A DNA stretch of 64,000 nt from IMG/VR virus record IMGVR_UViG_3300048599_000194, positions 32,001-96,000 of that record. One strand, given 5' to 3'. The first letter of the stretch is position 1; every line of letters starts with the position of its first letter. The notes beneath the pieces are model-generated. The model made no database searches, was not told the origin of the DNA, and was given only the letters and a program-made list of their open reading frames with translations. Made by a program: the position numbers and the translations under genes. The DNA is from a virus (Duplodnaviria; Heunggongvirae; Uroviricota; Caudoviricetes). Positions 28,175-37,571 of this stretch are shown piece by piece.

Positions 28175-29266
28175 TTACTTGAACCAAGCGTCATCATCCA
28201 CAGGCTTTGCAACATGTGGCTGATTCGTCGCAGGTGTTGGAGGAAGAGGAGTTACTCGTTCGGCCTGGACGGGCATCACGCTTTCAGGTGTCTGTAGGGC
28301 AGGTCGTCCTGGTACCGCCATTACGGGCTTAGGAGCGGGTGCCTGCTGTGCCTGAGGTGCAAGTGTCGGCCTTGCCATCTGAGGGGCTGGTGTAGCCTGT
28401 ACGGCGCTTCCAGCCTGCGCAAATGCAGTGTCGAATTCATCCATTTGAACGGCTTGCTGTACTGGTGCAAATCCACCTACACTCGGACCTGGGGTTCCCG
28501 CAAATCCAAGATTACTGTAAGTCTTCTGAACGCCAGCCAACTCACTACCGCCAGCTTTACTCAAGATGTCAGCTATTTCTTCCTGTGAAGGAATAATAAT
28601 CTGAGCCTGAATGTCGTGGCACATCGATCTCACTTGATTAATATAATTTACGTCATCGCTAATTGGGGTTGCTCCTCCAGATACAATGAACATCGATCCA
28701 TCGTACTTAGGAATATCTCCAACTAGTTTCATCGCGAGCAAAAAGTCTGCGCCCTTCGTTGGATGGAATGCATTGATCGAAGGCATGCTGGTGAGAGGAG
28801 GATTCTTGAGTTTCTCAATCTGCTCCATGATCTGATTAGGGAATTCCCACCACATCACTCTACCAACATTATCCGGCCTAACACTATCCTCAAGAATTAG
28901 TACATTGGCAACCCAGCGAGTCTTGTTTCCGTGAGCCTTTGCTCGATTCACAAGTGCCGGAATTTTCGACTTATGGGACTGGATGTTATCCGAGCAAATA
29001 TCACACTGATTTCTACCATCAGTGGTCTTTGGGCAAATAACACGAACAGTCTTATTTCCAACCTTCATGTAGTGAACAATCTTCTTAACGAACATTGGTC
29101 CATTTGCGGGAGGAATAAACCTCACGCGAGCGAGATACTCGGGCCTCTTCTCGTCTACAGAAGGCTTGAACTGATTTGGATCATTCCTATCGCCCCCATT
29201 GCCGTTGCCATTTACAAGCGCAAGCGTCTGATCAAATTGTGCGTCAAAATCTGCAAAGTTATCCAT
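28175..29266 (-). CDS. Single-stranded DNA-binding protein (T4 gp32-like)
   Basis: VRFIP, CPKT...CDIC, ANVLILED...NVGRV, FHPTKGADF, YDGS; acidic end DDDAWFK; start moved to ATG 29266. Confidence 0.9.
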   Translation of the reverse strand: MDNFADFDAQFDQTLALVNGNGNGGDRNDPNQFKPSVDEKRPEYLARVRFIPPANGPMFVKKIVHYMKVGNKTVRVICPKTTDGRNQCDICSDNIQSHKSKIPALVNRAKAHGNKTRWVANVLILEDSVRPDNVGRVMWWEFPNQIMEQIEKLKNPPLTSMPSINAFHPTKGADFLLAMKLVGDIPKYDGSMFIVSGGATPISDDVNYINQVRSMCHDIQAQIIIPSQEEIADILSKAGGSELAGVQKTYSNLGFAGTPGPSVGGFAPVQQAVQMDEFDTAFAQAGSAVQATPAPQMARPTLAPQAQQAPAPKPVMAVPGRPALQTPESVMPVQAERVTPLPPTPATNQPHVAKPVDDDAWFK

Positions 29267-29267
29267 T

Positions 29268-29564
29268 TTAGTGCCTCTTTCTTTGTTTCGCAAGCATAGA
29301 CCCATTGTCCTCTACCATTTCACTTCTAATGTCGAGCCTATTTTCCTCATCAAGCAACTCAACTAAGAACTCTATTTCATAGTGATCTTTCATTGAAAGA
29401 ATCATATGCCATAGTTTCTTGTTTGGATATTCTTGTTTCAGATCTCTAAGCACTTGATTAAAAGCTACCTTCTTGGAGTTCAAAACGGACTCGTCAGAAG
29501 AAAGGCTCATACCATAGGCCAGGAAATGTTCATTGAGAGTTTCGATCCAGTTACTAACGATCAT
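29268..29564 (-). CDS. Hypothetical protein, possibly gp33-like late transcription coactivator
   Basis: Size and position near gp32; helical IEFLVELLDEENRLDIRSE weakly like gp33. Confidence 0.35.
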   Translation of the reverse strand: MIVSNWIETLNEHFLAYGMSLSSDESVLNSKKVAFNQVLRDLKQEYPNKKLWHMILSMKDHYEIEFLVELLDEENRLDIRSEMVEDNGSMLAKQRKRH

Positions 29565-30949
29565 CGTGGAAAATTCCTTGCTTCATCCAAGATTTCGCTT
29601 GCGGTTTCTCCGGTAGACTGAAAGCTCTGGATCTCATTGTCAGTTGCATCCCTGAACTTCATTATATCAGCAAAACCCTTGGCCAGGAACGCGATGTCCT
29701 TAGGTCCGTATCGGTTCTTGATGATGTTTAGTTCATACAGGCCATTTGCAACCATCGTAGGGTCGCGTAAAATGGCAATTCCATTAGCGGAATACTTATA
29801 GATGTCAATAGATTCTCCGACATCCTTAGCGCCAGCCTTTGTATTTCCGTATCCGTTTCTATTAAACTGAGAGCAAGTCACCACCGGGACATCTAAAACC
29901 TTAGCAAGATTCTCTATTTCCTTTGTAATGTATCCAAGATCTTCATGTTTCTTTCCGCCACCTTGATTTGCTTTATTTGCAGACATACAATTAATGTAAT
30001 CAAGGAAAATTATATGCGGCCTAAAACCTTCTTTTACTTGAAGATCTCTAATAGCATTTAGAATATCAAGAGAATTAACTTCAAACGAAGGCCATTCAAG
30101 AATTCTAAGATCTGAAGTACTAATTTCACGAATTTTATCTTCAAAAAATTTAGCGTCGTAGTTTTTCAAAACCCCTACCGGAATTTCTAGAAGATTAGCA
30201 ACAACCTTCTTCATAATCTCCTGTTTATCCATCTCAAGACTAATGTATAATACGTCATATCCCTGAGAAAATGCATATGCGGCGTCGTTACATAGATATG
30301 TGGTTTTACCCATGTTCGATTCACCGTACCAAACTGTAAGTGCCTTTGAGGCATATCCTCCACTCATATAATGATTGAGTGTTGGCGAGAATGTTGGAAT
30401 AAATGAATTTGGAGTGTTTAGATAATCTACAAAAGCTGCCATATCCTTCTTAGCAGATATACCAGTCTTAGATTCAATAGTAAATGAAACTGCATCGGAA
30501 AAGCCTTCAATTACTTTTGCGTCAATTGCAGTCACGTCACCAGATGTCTTGATCTTAGCACTAGCCTCCATGAGACGACTGAAAGTTAAGCGCATTCTAA
30601 CGAATTCTTGTAGCTTATCTTTCAAATATTCTTCATCATAATTACGAATCGAAATATTACCTAAATTCTTAAATTTATCCTTGACGTTTTCATCGCTAAG
30701 ATATAAATCGTAGAATTCCTTAGGGCTTGGATAGCGACCGTGGTCCGCAAAGAACTTCTTTGCGGACTCTACGATCTTACCATTTTCCTCATTGACCATT
30801 GTTGTTCGGCCAAGTCTAGGAAATATTTTATTACCTAACTCTGGCTTCAAGAATAATGTCTTGATGACAATATCCTCGAAATCCAGAGGGGTTAGTGATT
30901 TGAATGGATCTTCTGCATCAATCACAGGGGGTACAGAAACGTCTAACAT
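29561..30949 (-). CDS. Replicative helicase (T4 gp41/DnaB-like)
   Basis: GESNMGKT, YISLEM, IFLDYIN, SQFNR, ES, KNRYG. Confidence 0.95.
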   Translation of the reverse strand: MLDVSVPPVIDAEDPFKSLTPLDFEDIVIKTLFLKPELGNKIFPRLGRTTMVNEENGKIVESAKKFFADHGRYPSPKEFYDLYLSDENVKDKFKNLGNISIRNYDEEYLKDKLQEFVRMRLTFSRLMEASAKIKTSGDVTAIDAKVIEGFSDAVSFTIESKTGISAKKDMAAFVDYLNTPNSFIPTFSPTLNHYMSGGYASKALTVWYGESNMGKTTYLCNDAAYAFSQGYDVLYISLEMDKQEIMKKVVANLLEIPVGVLKNYDAKFFEDKIREISTSDLRILEWPSFEVNSLDILNAIRDLQVKEGFRPHIIFLDYINCMSANKANQGGGKKHEDLGYITKEIENLAKVLDVPVVTCSQFNRNGYGNTKAGAKDVGESIDIYKYSANGIAILRDPTMVANGLYELNIIKNRYGPKDIAFLAKGFADIMKFRDATDNEIQSFQSTGETASEILDEARNFPR

Positions 30950-30972
30950 CTATCTCCTTTTCGGGGATTGTG

Positions 30973-32205
30973 TTAGAATTCAAACTCCTCGTCGCCCGTA
31001 TCGGCTTCGATTAGCTCTGCGTCATCCACAATCCCTATCATTTCACCGTTTTCGTCTACTTCATTACCAAACTGGAATGTCTTTTTTACAATTACGTCGA
31101 TCTCTTCAATCAAATTTGGGATCTCGGCAACATAACTCTTAACCTCAGGATATTCTCCGTTTTCGTCCTTTGGCTTGCAAATTAACTTGTAAAATTTACC
31201 CTTACTTCCTCGAAGAACAGGCTCAACTAAAGTGCCTTCACAGAATTGTTGCAATCCAAAATTCTTCGCAACTCCCGTCTGGAAATCAACATATAGGTCA
31301 ACTTGCGATCCTTTTCTGATGTATCGAGATTTCACTGCCTTACATGTAAAAAATGTTCCAGTCACAACGTCCCTGGTTACATTTTCCCCATCTTTTTCAG
31401 AGAATACCCTTGTTGTGGTCTTTGATTCCTTGGTCTTCAATACTATGATAGCAGATGCCCCATACAAGCCGCCAGTACCGCCTCCAACTTTCTTACCAGC
31501 ATCCACACTGGCTGAGTTAGCGGTCTGTTCCATCATGTCATATACATGATTGATCAAAATCAAAGGAATCTTAAGGACGTTCATATCTAGAGTAACGTCT
31601 CGGAAAAACGCCTTTAGTTGCTTGTTTAGGCGTAAATTATCCTTAGGATCTCTCTTTTCTAGATTCTTCTGATCGGCTTCAGTGGTCAACATGGAAACAG
31701 AGTCAATTACAAATAAGAATTTAGGTCTATTGAGATATTCTTCAGAATTTGGGTCCAATGAATTAAAATATGCCTTATACTGCTCAAGCATATTATATAT
31801 TTGAACTCTAAGTGCCTCGACCGTCTTAATCTTTAGAATTTCATAGTCAATTCCTCGACCTTTGAATCCAAAGTTTGCAAACATTTCTTCATCTTTCTCA
31901 CCCTCAGTATCAACATAAAAGATGAAATATCCGGCATCTGCCGCCTTTTTGCAGATTCTGAGGGTAAAAAAGGTCTTACCTGTTGCAGGTTCACCTGCAA
32001 ACATTACGCTCCTATTATCTGGAAGTCCTTTTTTAATCGATCCACTGAGAATAGCATTTAGAGCATAAGATCCAGTGTCAATAAAATCAGTCCTAGCTCT
32101 AATATCTCCGCGAGGATATATGTATTCATTTTTTGCGGCATTTATCATACTCTTAACAGAGAATGTTACCTTTTTGCCTTCGCCTGTAGTTTTTCCCTTT
32201 GCCAT
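30973..32205 (-). CDS. uvsX: RecA-like recombinase UvsX
   Basis: DTGSYALN, AGEPATGKT, DTE, IDSVSML, INHVY, GGGTG, KSR; start moved to ATG 32205 (AAAGGAG SD). Confidence 0.9.
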   Translation of the reverse strand: MAKGKTTGEGKKVTFSVKSMINAAKNEYIYPRGDIRARTDFIDTGSYALNAILSGSIKKGLPDNRSVMFAGEPATGKTFFTLRICKKAADAGYFIFYVDTEGEKDEEMFANFGFKGRGIDYEILKIKTVEALRVQIYNMLEQYKAYFNSLDPNSEEYLNRPKFLFVIDSVSMLTTEADQKNLEKRDPKDNLRLNKQLKAFFRDVTLDMNVLKIPLILINHVYDMMEQTANSASVDAGKKVGGGTGGLYGASAIIVLKTKESKTTTRVFSEKDGENVTRDVVTGTFFTCKAVKSRYIRKGSQVDLYVDFQTGVAKNFGLQQFCEGTLVEPVLRGSKGKFYKLICKPKDENGEYPEVKSYVAEIPNLIEEIDVIVKKTFQFGNEVDENGEMIGIVDDAELIEADTGDEEFEF

Positions 32206-32236
32206 ATTAACTCCTTTACGGATATTATAGCAAAAG

Positions 32237-32259
32237 AAAAAGCCTCCTTTCGGAGGCTT
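32237..32259 (-). terminator. Rho-independent terminator, immediately followed by promoter TGCTATAAT (32224-32232)
   Basis: GCCTCC-GAAA-GGAGGC then T5. Confidence 0.8.
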
Positions 32260-32279
32260 CATATTTCATTCTAATTTAC

Positions 32280-32873
32280 TTATCTCATTGTTCGATTGTC
32301 AGTTCTCTTCGAAGATGATCCTGCATGTAAATCAAACTTCGAGAAAATATCAGGCCATACATACCTAGGTCCAAATGCAACTGCCAATGGACGCCCTGCC
32401 GCATCGATCCAATCAGGTTCATTGAATGCATAATACGGGATACCAGACTCTCCCGCAATATTAATTGCAGTTTGAATATCTTCACTGGATCCAGTACATG
32501 TGACATTTCGATACGAGTTCGACAGCCAATCATCTAGATAGCTTTGATCTCCATCTCCTTCATAATAATCAATCGATTCGTGTGCTTTGGCTCCCTGCGC
32601 GATTGATCCGGCTGAATATGCCGCATGTACTGCGCCGTTAATTCCAAGACCAATAGGGGCACTATTATCTACAACGACATACATCTTAAGTATGTCATAC
32701 TTGCTCTTAATTCCAACATTCCCAACCAATTCACAGTCTGTAGATTCAATCTCAAATACATTAACCCCATCACATACCTTAACAAATCCATTTTCCTCTG
32801 CGGAAACAGCAATTAATATGTTAGGACATATTGGAGAAACTATCTTATCCAATGTTTTAATTTTCAATTTCAA
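32280..32873 (-). CDS. Peptidyl-tRNA hydrolase 2 (Pth2)-like protein
   Basis: KMYVVV...GAVHAA...WLSNSYRNVTC...FNEPD...AVAFGPR follow the Pth2 motif order. Confidence 0.6.
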   Translation of the reverse strand: MKLKIKTLDKIVSPICPNILIAVSAEENGFVKVCDGVNVFEIESTDCELVGNVGIKSKYDILKMYVVVDNSAPIGLGINGAVHAAYSAGSIAQGAKAHESIDYYEGDGDQSYLDDWLSNSYRNVTCTGSSEDIQTAINIAGESGIPYYAFNEPDWIDAAGRPLAVAFGPRYVWPDIFSKFDLHAGSSSKRTDNRTMR

Positions 32874-35701
32874 ACCTTTCTCATATATTTCGCCATGAGG
32901 TCCATGTTTCCTTCGAAGATATTACCCCATCCCATAACTTCGAAGATTTTCGTTAGTGGCTTCTTAAATACTTTTTCAAATTGAGTTTCGTAATCAATTA
33001 CGAAATATTTGTTTAAGAATTCAGGCCATGATTCCGTGTTAAATGTTATCACTTCACTCTCAAATGGATTAGGTGATTTCACATATATCCATTTAGCTTT
33101 GGTTCCTTCAGTTATTGGTTCATATCCAGATAATTCATCGCTACTATCGATAACCGCATTAAAAGCATTTGCTCCTTTTCGAGGAGCAGGCATCACTCCG
33201 TTCTTAGCCGCATCAAGTGTATTCACTGAAACAGGCTTCGAAATTTGCACAATATTACTAGGATCTTTGAAATCCTTTCTATATTCTCCTATTTTTTTGA
33301 TAATCTCGTTTTTCGGAACGTCGGTGAATACCATCTCTAATAATTTCTTAATATGAGTTTTACTCCAAGCTGGAGTATCTGACTTAACAAGTTCAACACC
33401 TACGGGCTTAAACCTCTTCTCAAATGAAGAATTTATTAGGTCGTCGCCCTCATCGTACTGAAGATAACAGATGTAGTGCGCTCTTGTCAACTCAATAAGA
33501 TGGTTGCAACATTTTTCTAGCTTTAACCACAGTCTATTCTCTCTATAGTTATTCTCAGTCGCCCATCTATTAAGAATCTTAGTACGAATCTCACCAAATA
33601 CACAATGTTCAAATCTAAGCGAGAATTCAGTCAAGCTCATCTCAGGCCATGACCCATCTTCCCATCGACTCTGTAAAATAGATGATACTGACTTGTCGCA
33701 GTCTGGCGAATTTGGGTCAGAGTATCTATCTAGAAGAGCCTTAAACTCTTCTTCGGTTCTCTTTCTCCCTATAAATGGAGAGTAAATATCAGAAAAATCT
33801 AAAAAGAAAGAGTCAGTGTGAGCTAGAACTAATCTCTTGTATTTACCAAGAGTTTCCCTATCTTCTTGTTCAGCTATATATTCGTCTGCAAGCAAGCCCT
33901 TGATTTGGACATTTGCGTATTCGCCGAATTCAGCCCTAAACAATTCACTCTTAGGTAGTCCAATGTCAAACCATTTTATGATGTAGTCAATACAATACTG
34001 AATTAAATATCTACCAATACCAGTAACTGACGCCGCATTATCAACATCATAAAATTGGAAGTGTCTATTTCCAAGCAATCCATATATCGAGTTAGCATAA
34101 ATCTTATATGCCTCTTGCTTTCTCTTATAGAAAGAAGCTAATTCAGGATCGTAATTGTCTTTATCTGAAGGGTTTGAATGAACTTTTTGTAGTTTCTTAT
34201 ATCGATCTCGGTCATCAACGACCATAGATACAATTTCTGGAATAATTCCCTGATTTTCGTTATTATACCAAACGTCCTTAATGACTGATCTAGAATAACT
34301 GCCATCTGGTGGGACGGGGCCTTTGAATTTAGTTTCAGGTGAGATATTTGCAGATGCTAATATTGAAGGATACATCGCCTTGAAGTCATAAGACACGACC
34401 CATCTATAAGGACCAGGGTTAGCTACAATATACGCACCTTCATATGGAACGTGTTGTTGCTCACCGGGATTCGGAATTACAAGACCCTTTGAGTGCATGT
34501 AGTTCATCATGAACCCTAGAATAACTCTCTTAGAAATAAAGAAATATTCCAACGGGATTCTTGCATCCGCGCAAACTGAAACTACTGATTCTAAGAAATG
34601 CTTCTTATATTCCATTTGAACTAAGAGTTCTACGTCGATCACGTTATAGTGAGTAAATCTACACCATCCGTTTTGACCTTTTGCATATAATTTCAGGCCA
34701 TCAGGTCCGAGGTCTACCTTAGTTGTACCAATTTCAACATTAGCAATGGTACCTAACTTGTAATTCTCTTGTTGCTTTAGATTTGCCTTCTTGTATGTTG
34801 GGAGCATATCGAGAACTGACAGTCCAGCAACAACTGGAATCAATTCAATTTTATTATAGTCGTTTCGCTTTTCAACCAGATACACTCTGCGCACTGGAGA
34901 TAATTTCCTATGACATTGTAATCCTAGGTTTTCGCATCTCTTCACTAGATAGGGTACGTCGAAGGTTAAGCAATTCCAGCCACTCAAAATATCAAATCGC
35001 TGTGATGCGAAATATTCAAAAAATCTTTCTAATAACTCTGATTCATCTGCACACGTAATATATTCGTGGTTATTAGTATACCCCAATTCACCAGCCGCCT
35101 CCGAAGTAAAAGTAATCTTCTTTGGCTTATTCACATAATACTTAACTTCTTTTACGAAAACTCCGTTTTCGTTCAATACTTTATGTTCCTCATGTCCATC
35201 TGGAAAAGTCCCAGTACGTATATCTTCCTCGGTTAGATATGCGTGCTCGACAAACTCTTTTTCAAGTCCAAAAGTTATGAATTTATTATCCTTGCTTCCA
35301 TATGCGGTAATCAAATTCACACGTCTGGCGGCAAGTGCAGGTTCAGGGAACCCCTTATCAACCTCAACCTCGATATCGAAATAACAGACGTTAAAATCTT
35401 TGAAATCAAATTTCAAGTTGTCTACATCCTTGTAGAAATCAGCAATAAATCTGATCTCTGGCTGTATATCAGCCTCACAATTTCGGATGTTAGCGTTCAT
35501 TTTATTACGCTCATCCATACAAGTATCATAAACGGGCCGAACAGGGATGCCTTCAACCGTTTTCATGCCAGTTGCTGAAGCCCCAGGAGTTAACTCATAT
35601 GATTTGCATTTGAAGTTGTAAATATTATATGCACCATCAGTTGTCCATAAGTGCATCTGGTTTTTTGTACGATCTAACCAGAGATTCTTAAACATCGTCA
35701 T
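32870..35701 (-). CDS. Family B DNA polymerase (T4 gp43-like)
   Basis: ExoI FDIEV, ExoII GWN..FDVPY, ExoIII YNVIDV; YDFKAMYPS; KIYANSIYG; AHTDS; GVELVKSDTP. Confidence 0.95.
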   Translation of the reverse strand: MTMFKNLWLDRTKNQMHLWTTDGAYNIYNFKCKSYELTPGASATGMKTVEGIPVRPVYDTCMDERNKMNANIRNCEADIQPEIRFIADFYKDVDNLKFDFKDFNVCYFDIEVEVDKGFPEPALAARRVNLITAYGSKDNKFITFGLEKEFVEHAYLTEEDIRTGTFPDGHEEHKVLNENGVFVKEVKYYVNKPKKITFTSEAAGELGYTNNHEYITCADESELLERFFEYFASQRFDILSGWNCLTFDVPYLVKRCENLGLQCHRKLSPVRRVYLVEKRNDYNKIELIPVVAGLSVLDMLPTYKKANLKQQENYKLGTIANVEIGTTKVDLGPDGLKLYAKGQNGWCRFTHYNVIDVELLVQMEYKKHFLESVVSVCADARIPLEYFFISKRVILGFMMNYMHSKGLVIPNPGEQQHVPYEGAYIVANPGPYRWVVSYDFKAMYPSILASANISPETKFKGPVPPDGSYSRSVIKDVWYNNENQGIIPEIVSMVVDDRDRYKKLQKVHSNPSDKDNYDPELASFYKRKQEAYKIYANSIYGLLGNRHFQFYDVDNAASVTGIGRYLIQYCIDYIIKWFDIGLPKSELFRAEFGEYANVQIKGLLADEYIAEQEDRETLGKYKRLVLAHTDSFFLDFSDIYSPFIGRKRTEEEFKALLDRYSDPNSPDCDKSVSSILQSRWEDGSWPEMSLTEFSLRFEHCVFGEIRTKILNRWATENNYRENRLWLKLEKCCNHLIELTRAHYICYLQYDEGDDLINSSFEKRFKPVGVELVKSDTPAWSKTHIKKLLEMVFTDVPKNEIIKKIGEYRKDFKDPSNIVQISKPVSVNTLDAAKNGVMPAPRKGANAFNAVIDSSDELSGYEPITEGTKAKWIYVKSPNPFESEVITFNTESWPEFLNKYFVIDYETQFEKVFKKPLTKIFEVMGWGNIFEGNMDLMAKYMRKV

Positions 35702-35761
35702 GCGTCCGCTACCTTTGTTGAGGGGTGTTCTCTCACACCCTATGGTAGCAGATACTGCCGA

Positions 35762-36121
35762 TCAACGGAAAATTTCCGGCTTCACCTTAAACTCATATCC
35801 TACATTTGACTTATTTCGAGGATCTCGTTCAACAATTACGTCGAAATACTTCAAAAACTTTTTATCGTTCTCTTCAACAGCTAATTCAATTAATCTTTTT
35901 AGATAATCAATGTCATATAACCCAGGAATTCGACCATTGAGATGGGTCTTAAATCGGTCAAATACTCTACTCTTTGACAAATATTCATGCGCATCGCCAA
36001 TCATCCCAGCTAGATCGCTAAGAATACGCTTCTCTAGAGCCGCCAACTCGTTAGATACTGTTTCCTTGGCGGCTCTATCAAATCTCTCCTGGTCTATTTT
36101 CTTCTTAACGGAAGAAGCCAT
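35762..36121 (-). CDS. Hypothetical protein
   Basis: 119 aa ORF in the operon. Confidence 0.6.
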   Translation of the reverse strand: MASSVKKKIDQERFDRAAKETVSNELAALEKRILSDLAGMIGDAHEYLSKSRVFDRFKTHLNGRIPGLYDIDYLKRLIELAVEENDKKFLKYFDVIVERDPRNKSNVGYEFKVKPEIFR

Positions 36122-37556
36122 CTGAATCCAATCTATTCTTAAATTGATTGTACTGTTCGTGTTCGGTAGTTAACTGAACTCCTTTGATTCCATCACCAAA
36201 AACTTTTACGATATTCAGTAGATTATTCACATCGTCAAGCCATCGAGTAGATAGATTCTCGTATTGAATCTTAAGCTCTTCGTTGAATACGTCTTTATTC
36301 TTGAGGCGATTAATTGTAGCTTCAATATCCTCAACATTCTCAAAACCGTTGCGCAATCCCTGATATGGGCTAGTTCCATCCTCAAAAGTCTGTCCGATGA
36401 ATACTGCACCTACTGCAGATGCTTCTAAGTATCGAAGATCGCTCTTTGCCATATTAAAGCTACATTTACGCAAAGGTCCGATTACAAAATCTGGGCGCAG
36501 TTGACGTAGCGCATATGGATACTCAGTTGAAGCATAATGAGGCATGATCTTAATGCGACCTTCCTTTGCTGGCTTCTGTAAATAATCTGGCAGAGTTAAC
36601 GATCCATCTTCTCTACGACCAACCCCCATGAAAACAAAATTAGCAGAATCTAGATTACGTAGAATAAAATCCTTAATAGGTCCATCAAAGTCACCATTTG
36701 ACTTCGCGTAATGGTAGTTGCTTCCATTGTATAGAATCGTTGGACGATCAATATCCTTTAAGCGATACCTCTTACTAACATCAGTTCCATAATAAGACTT
36801 TGGTAGCAAATTAGGAATTACGGTAACTGGAGTCTCTACACCTAAATCAACGAGTAGTGATCTGAGGTTTTCAGTAGATACTACAATTTCATCAACCTTG
36901 CGTAGATTATCAAGTAAGGTGCGAGCATTATCTACAGTAAACTTCCCATACAAAGGATGCCATTCTGGATATTCAAAGACGTAATCGTCAAGCTCAGCTA
37001 TCAACTTATATTGATACTTCTCTTGATATTTCTTGTAAACGTATAACTCATATGAGCGATTATCTTCAAATGGATTCTTGAACCAAAAAGCTCTAACGAA
37101 AGGAAGAATATCCTCTTGAGTTACGATTTGATTCTGCACAATACACTGTATTTTTCCAGTATGTGCAAAATGTGCGTTTATTGAATTGAATGGGAATATC
37201 AATCTAAATTGAGCGGCTCCACTATAATCCGAAGTATAGCCATACACATATGGCTTTTCGACTAACGCAACAGGTCCAATTGCTTCTGCAGTTGGAATGG
37301 AAACAGTTGCCTGTAGAGTATCCTCGGGCGAGGCTGGATTTACCATCACTGCCTTAGATAGATAATTCTCTGCCGTATTACCAATACCACTCAATAGTGA
37401 ATTGCTCTGGGTAGCCAATACCTGGGCACTAACCTTTTCGATCATTTCTGGAGTTAGTGATTTTTCAAGATCCTGTATTTCCTTTCGGAGCTTGGCGATT
37501 TTGCTATTTGAGCCTGTATTACGAGCAGTACCTGAAAAACGAGATTTCTTAGACAT
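36105..37556 (-). CDS. GT-B (GT4-like) glycosyltransferase
   Basis: DYSGAAQFRLIFP, ELDD, VVSTENL, VIPN, PL...FNMAKSDLRYLE. Confidence 0.75.
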   Translation of the reverse strand: MSKKSRFSGTARNTGSNSKIAKLRKEIQDLEKSLTPEMIEKVSAQVLATQSNSLLSGIGNTAENYLSKAVMVNPASPEDTLQATVSIPTAEAIGPVALVEKPYVYGYTSDYSGAAQFRLIFPFNSINAHFAHTGKIQCIVQNQIVTQEDILPFVRAFWFKNPFEDNRSYELYVYKKYQEKYQYKLIAELDDYVFEYPEWHPLYGKFTVDNARTLLDNLRKVDEIVVSTENLRSLLVDLGVETPVTVIPNLLPKSYYGTDVSKRYRLKDIDRPTILYNGSNYHYAKSNGDFDGPIKDFILRNLDSANFVFMGVGRREDGSLTLPDYLQKPAKEGRIKIMPHYASTEYPYALRQLRPDFVIGPLRKCSFNMAKSDLRYLEASAVGAVFIGQTFEDGTSPYQGLRNGFENVEDIEATINRLKNKDVFNEELKIQYENLSTRWLDDVNNLLNIVKVFGDGIKGVQLTTEHEQYNQFKNRLDSDGFFR

Positions 37557-37571
37557 ATTGATATTCTAGCA

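Noticed and set aside
20099-35701. Inteins or introns in nrdJ, helicase or polymerase
   Set aside because: Protein lengths are near normal, with no intein termini or LAGLIDADG motifs; polymerase insertions are short
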